DNA of 63,813 bases, filler included, from Piptocephalis cylindrospora (lineage: Eukaryota), in NCBI GenBank assembly GCA_003614145.1. It is 12 parts of 12 records of this genome, joined end to end, with 100 filler letters (N's around TTAATTAATTAA, not from the genome) between each part and the next. Parts side by side here need not be neighbours in the genome. Positions count along the whole stretch, not along the records: positions 58,613 to 63,813 come from KZ988420.1; 11 more parts are not named here. One strand, given 5' to 3'. The position numbers were made by a program, and so were the translations under genes. The notes below the pieces were generated by a model, which saw only the letters and a program-made list of their open reading frames with translations, was not told the origin of the DNA and did no database searches. This document shows positions 59,797 to 63,813 of the stretch, piece by piece (position 1 is the stretch's first letter; every line of letters starts with the position of its first letter).

Positions 59797-60790
59797 GGTA
59801 TTGAAGATGATGTTTTGCTGGTGAGTTGTAGACTGAGATGATGAGAACAATGACGAATGAGGAGAGTATGGGGTGGGTGACCAGAGAGCGTAAGATGTAT
59901 GAGGAATAAGCGAGGAGGTGGGACGATGCAGTAGAAGATGAGGGTACTTGATCTGAGGATCTACTTGGGAGCATGCGAGTATTTATAAAGAATAAGAGGG
60001 TTTGTATGTGACAGGATAAGGTCGTTTGAAATGATGGAACTGGGTGAGGTTATTCATGATTGAAAGGACGATGGGATACACTATAAGATAGACTTAAAGT
60101 CATCTAGATACTATGCATGTGTCTGACAAAGAGTATACCATCCTTGGTGGATTCCATCTGATGCATCGATCCTTGGGCATGGGTGAAGGAGGAAGGAAGC
60201 GCGAGACTTGCACACAACGGGACCACACAGACAAGACTGCATCGCATATACGATGGAAGGTAATTCCCACGGGATGCATAGGATGGGATGCTACCTGTGG
60301 TACCCCAAAGTCATGGCAGAAAGGCCCATCCACGCCATCGTTCATGTCATCCTCAGCCCGGGGGATGGGGAAGATGGCGAGCGGGAGCAAGCGAAGGGTT
60401 AATGTAAATGGGAATCAGTATCGTGAAGGGGGGGGAGGGCAATGCTAATGAAGAATTAGTGCGGGTACCAATGATCACATACATCCTTTCAGATCGTGCA
60501 CAACTCGTGTATGCCTTGTGCTCGGGGAGGATGACATGACCCATGGGAGGGGAGTGACAGGGGTTGGCCTCGGGATGGGAATAGGCTGAATCATAATTTT
60601 ACAGATACAGAGTATAAAACTAGGTAACTGGAAGAGAGAGAGAGGGGGGGAGAGGGGGCAAGTGTCAGTGATTGTCCTTGCTGTAGATGTGGAATTTCGA
60701 CCATGATCACAACACACATCGTCAGCCCCTGATACAACAATACAAATTAAAGTACCTATGGAAAATGGATGGTTACATGTCTAATATACT

Positions 60791-61357
60791 CTAATCCGCT
60801 CTAATTCCCCCTCCATTGATGGGAGTGAGTGAGGGTGGGGGAGGTCGAAGGACAGTGGCTCCCCAGATGGTCAGGGGAAGATCGACTTGCAAGGCAAGTT
60901 TACGTCCTTGGCCAAAATGAACACTTTCCCTCTCGATAGAGTAGACAGATGGGGTACTTGGGGGATGGGAGGAGTGAGGATGACCTGGGGGATATAGGAC
61001 CAGATCTAGATTCCCCATTTGGGATGGATGTATACTGGAAAGGGAGGAACCTGAGAGACAGGATGGGTAGGACGTGGATGGAAATGTAGAATAGATGGAC
61101 GAGGTGTTGGAGGAGGAGTAAACGGAGGAGTAAGTAGGAGGTGGATAGGGAATAGAGGAGGTGGGATCATCTGGGAAAACAGAACTAAGATGAGGATAAT
61201 TGTCCTCGGGAATCTTGACCTCTCGAGTGATGATGACACCCTCGGTGGGACGTGTATTTCCTCGGTACAAGTAGACGATGAGGAGAATAAGGGCGAGGAG
61301 TAGGGATGATCCAATGAGGATGGGTAGTAGACTAAGCAGGAGGGCAGTGTCCATCAT
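60791..61357 (-). CDS. Single-pass membrane protein with a PPxY motif
   Basis: N-terminal TM helix followed by YR; cytosolic tail contains YPPPTY. Confidence 0.6.
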   Translation of the reverse strand: MMDTALLLSLLPILIGSSLLLALILLIVYLYRGNTRPTEGVIITREVKIPEDNYPHLSSVFPDDPTSSIPYPPPTYSSVYSSSNTSSIYSTFPSTSYPSCLSGSSLSSIHPSQMGNLDLVLYPPGHPHSSHPPSTPSVYSIERESVHFGQGRKLALQVDLPLTIWGATVLRPPPPSLTPINGGGIRAD

Positions 61358-61970
61358 TTGGAAAGGCGGGTGGGTGGTGGAAGATGGAAAGGGTGCAGGA
61401 TGTACACAAGAAAAATAGGAGACCATTATGTACCCATGAGATGATGGATGTGTATTTTCCCCAGAATATGGAGCGTTGTTCATGTTGAGGTGTCAAAGCA
61501 GGAAGGTAGATGCTAGGGAAGGAGGATCGTGACCCTTGATACGGACTTGATGAGCCCGTTCATTCAGGGTTCTGACACATGTTGTCTTTGTGTAGATAGA
61601 GAGCTTTGGGGTCAAAGACACAAAGGGAACAAGGAATGGATGATGGAGTGGGCTCTTTTCGGTAGAGATTTTGTTTAAACGAATTCTAATACACCTTCTA
61701 TGCTGAGAGAAGCGATTCTTTGGTCATCGTGCATACAAAGAAAGGAGGTCCTTCCCCCCTCTTCCCTAACCAACTAGCCTTCATATAATGAGATGCTACC
61801 ACATAATACAAATGACATTCACACATGGATTTAGAGCAATTCAGGGTTTTAAGAAAAGCGATCCTTACGATCACACTCACACATCCACAGCCTTATCTCT
61901 TCCTCTCACTCTCTCCATCCTTACCAGGAAAAAAGTAACAGCTCGGTATAAACCACAGGATTCCCCTCCC

Positions 61971-63545
61971 CTACACATGCTTCACCTCATTCCCACCCGC
62001 TTTGACCTCCGCTTCATTTTCATCCTCCTCTTGAACATTAGAGGATTGAATCATGGTGGGGGAGGCGGTGGTACGACGGGTGGCGGTACGGACGGACCGT
62101 CGAAGGGTGCTGGATCGCTGCAGATTGGCCCCGGCCTCCCAGGACATGACGCCGTGGAAGGATGCACGTTGAGGACGGGGAGCACCCAGGGCCATTTCCC
62201 TTCTCCTTCCAGCCCTTCCCCCCCTTTCCTCATCCTCACCCACCTCCTCCTCCCCATCGGAGCCTGTGGTAAGACGGGGGAGACCCTTGCGACCTTGACC
62301 AAAGGACCATTCCATGGGGGCGGCGGTCTGGACCGGGTGGGCCTCGGCGGTCTCCATGGGAGAGGCCCTGATCATCTCTACCTGCTCGGCTTCGGGCATG
62401 GGGGAGGAGGAGTCCATCATGATTACGGTTGGCCTATCCTCTTCCTTCCTCTCCTCATCCTCCTTTCTCTCACCACCGGAGATGACGCGACGCATCTCCT
62501 CCCCAAGATCCTTTAAGCCTAGACCAAGGGAGAAGCGCTTTGGCGTTTCCGAGGGCGTGGTAGTATTGGAGGAGGATGAGACGGCGGGATGGAGGGTAAG
62601 GAGCTGGGGATCTACCGGAACGGAGGAGGCCCTTTCCATACCTGGCAGGACAGTGGGGATGCCAAGTGGGCCTTGGTAGCCGAAAAAAGCGGATTCACGA
62701 ATAGAACCAGGATCGCCCACCTCACCACTAGATCCGGCGAGGACATCGGGATGGATGTGATCCTCCTCAGGGATGGACAGGGAATCCCGATGATGGTGGG
62801 GATGGGCGGGATCATTGCTCATGTGGGAGGGAACGGTTTCGAGATGAACCTCATCGTACACACTCCCCCCTCCCAGACTATCGGTGCTCATTCCTCTCTC
62901 CGGAGTCTTGGATCTGTGAGGGGTCATTCGCTCACGGGAGGAGGCCGAGAGGTACTTGGCATCCGGAGCATAGATGGGGGAGGGTGCGGCAGGGTAGGGG
63001 TAAGGGATACTCCACCGACCGCTTGTCCGATGTCCCGCCCTTCTCTCCCGATCAGCATCGGTGAGGCCCGAAGCGCCGGAAGAGTTCCTTTGGGAAGCCG
63101 AGGTAGGGGATGGGGTCGTACTAGAACCGCCTCGTGTACTCCCGGATAAGCCAACATCCTCCTCGGTCATCAGACGACCCTTACCCTTGGGTGGAGATGG
63201 GGTGGACCAAAAGGCCAGATACCTAGAGATCTTCCCGGGGGAAGGGGAAGAGGAAGAGGTCGGGGAAAGGGAGGAGGACCTGGGCATGGATGACTTTTCC
63301 CCCGAGGTATGTGGGGTGATGGATCGACGACGCGTATGGAGAAGGTACCCGACAAACAGGGCAATACCTGCCACACCTACCCCACCGACGACCGACACGG
63401 CGATCGTGGTGGCATTTGAGCTGGAAGAGGAGGAAGAGGAAGGGGAGTTGGCGGTGTCAACACTGGCAGCCAAAGTGGACGCCGAGGAGGCCACAAGAAG
63501 TAGGACGGCAGCGAGCAAGAGATGGGATGAAGCTTGGATAGACAT
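61971..63545 (-). CDS. Type I membrane protein with a very short Ser-rich ectodomain and a long disordered tail
   Basis: Signal peptide, ~20-aa Ser-rich segment with an NAT sequon, Gly-rich TM helix followed by RRR, and ~450-aa low-complexity tail; intronless. Confidence 0.7.
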   Translation of the reverse strand: MSIQASSHLLLAAVLLLVASSASTLAASVDTANSPSSSSSSSSNATTIAVSVVGGVGVAGIALFVGYLLHTRRRSITPHTSGEKSSMPRSSSLSPTSSSSPSPGKISRYLAFWSTPSPPKGKGRLMTEEDVGLSGSTRGGSSTTPSPTSASQRNSSGASGLTDADRERRAGHRTSGRWSIPYPYPAAPSPIYAPDAKYLSASSRERMTPHRSKTPERGMSTDSLGGGSVYDEVHLETVPSHMSNDPAHPHHHRDSLSIPEEDHIHPDVLAGSSGEVGDPGSIRESAFFGYQGPLGIPTVLPGMERASSVPVDPQLLTLHPAVSSSSNTTTPSETPKRFSLGLGLKDLGEEMRRVISGGERKEDEERKEEDRPTVIMMDSSSPMPEAEQVEMIRASPMETAEAHPVQTAAPMEWSFGQGRKGLPRLTTGSDGEEEVGEDEERGGRAGRRREMALGAPRPQRASFHGVMSWEAGANLQRSSTLRRSVRTATRRTTASPTMIQSSNVQEEDENEAEVKAGGNEVKHV

Positions 63546-63813
63546 TGGATGATTGATGAATGAATGGATATGACTCTGACTAGAGTGAGATGGATCACTC
63601 AAGAGTAGAGTGGTGGGATGCTAATGAGAATGGGAATGCAGTATGCAATGCTAGGAATGGTGTTATGGGGACGGGAGATTGGAGGGTGATAGGGTCGGAG
63701 AGCAGGTACAGGTGAGAAGGGGGAGGGGTAATCGGGATAAGGAGAGGTTAGAAAGAAGGAGAGAGTGGGGTCATTGGCGGATATAAAAAGAGTCGTTGTC
63801 TCTGTGTCGGAGT

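Overview
This window is not one locus. It is 12 unlinked contigs of about 5.2 kb joined by artificial 100-nt spacers (44 N + TTAATTAATTAA + 44 N). Contigs: 1-5276, 5377-10638, 10739-15997, 16098-21244, 21345-26597, 26698-31947, 32048-37285, 37386-42602, 42703-47906, 48007-53210, 53311-58512, 58613-63813. The DNA is from a compact eukaryotic genome with short GT-AG introns and fungal-type proteins; an early-diverging fungus is my inference. Two contigs carry inversion junctions typical of whole-genome amplification (MDA) chimeras. Recognisable genes: Yip1-domain protein, PX/DUF3818 protein, mitoribosomal bL28, V-ATPase D, a PPR-like protein, Vps34, cystathionine beta-lyase (5' part), Ytp1-like protein, Rad5, cullin-4 (5' part), EF-hand type II NAD(P)H dehydrogenase, Ptc7-like PP2C, a DH-PH RhoGEF fragment, an alpha/beta hydrolase, a peroxisomal crotonase, Cdc16/APC6, a short/branched-chain acyl-CoA dehydrogenase, ureidoglycolate lyase and EMC8/9. 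The best leads for something undescribed are: a 61-aa secreted prepropeptide predicted to release a 28-aa Tyr/Cys-rich peptide (46155-46340); a ~360-bp inverted-repeat element built from 40-bp units (26234-26592); a divergent ParB/sulfiredoxin-like ORF (59053-59796); and four TCGCGT boxes upstream of RAD5. All family calls come from motif recognition by eye; no database searches were run.
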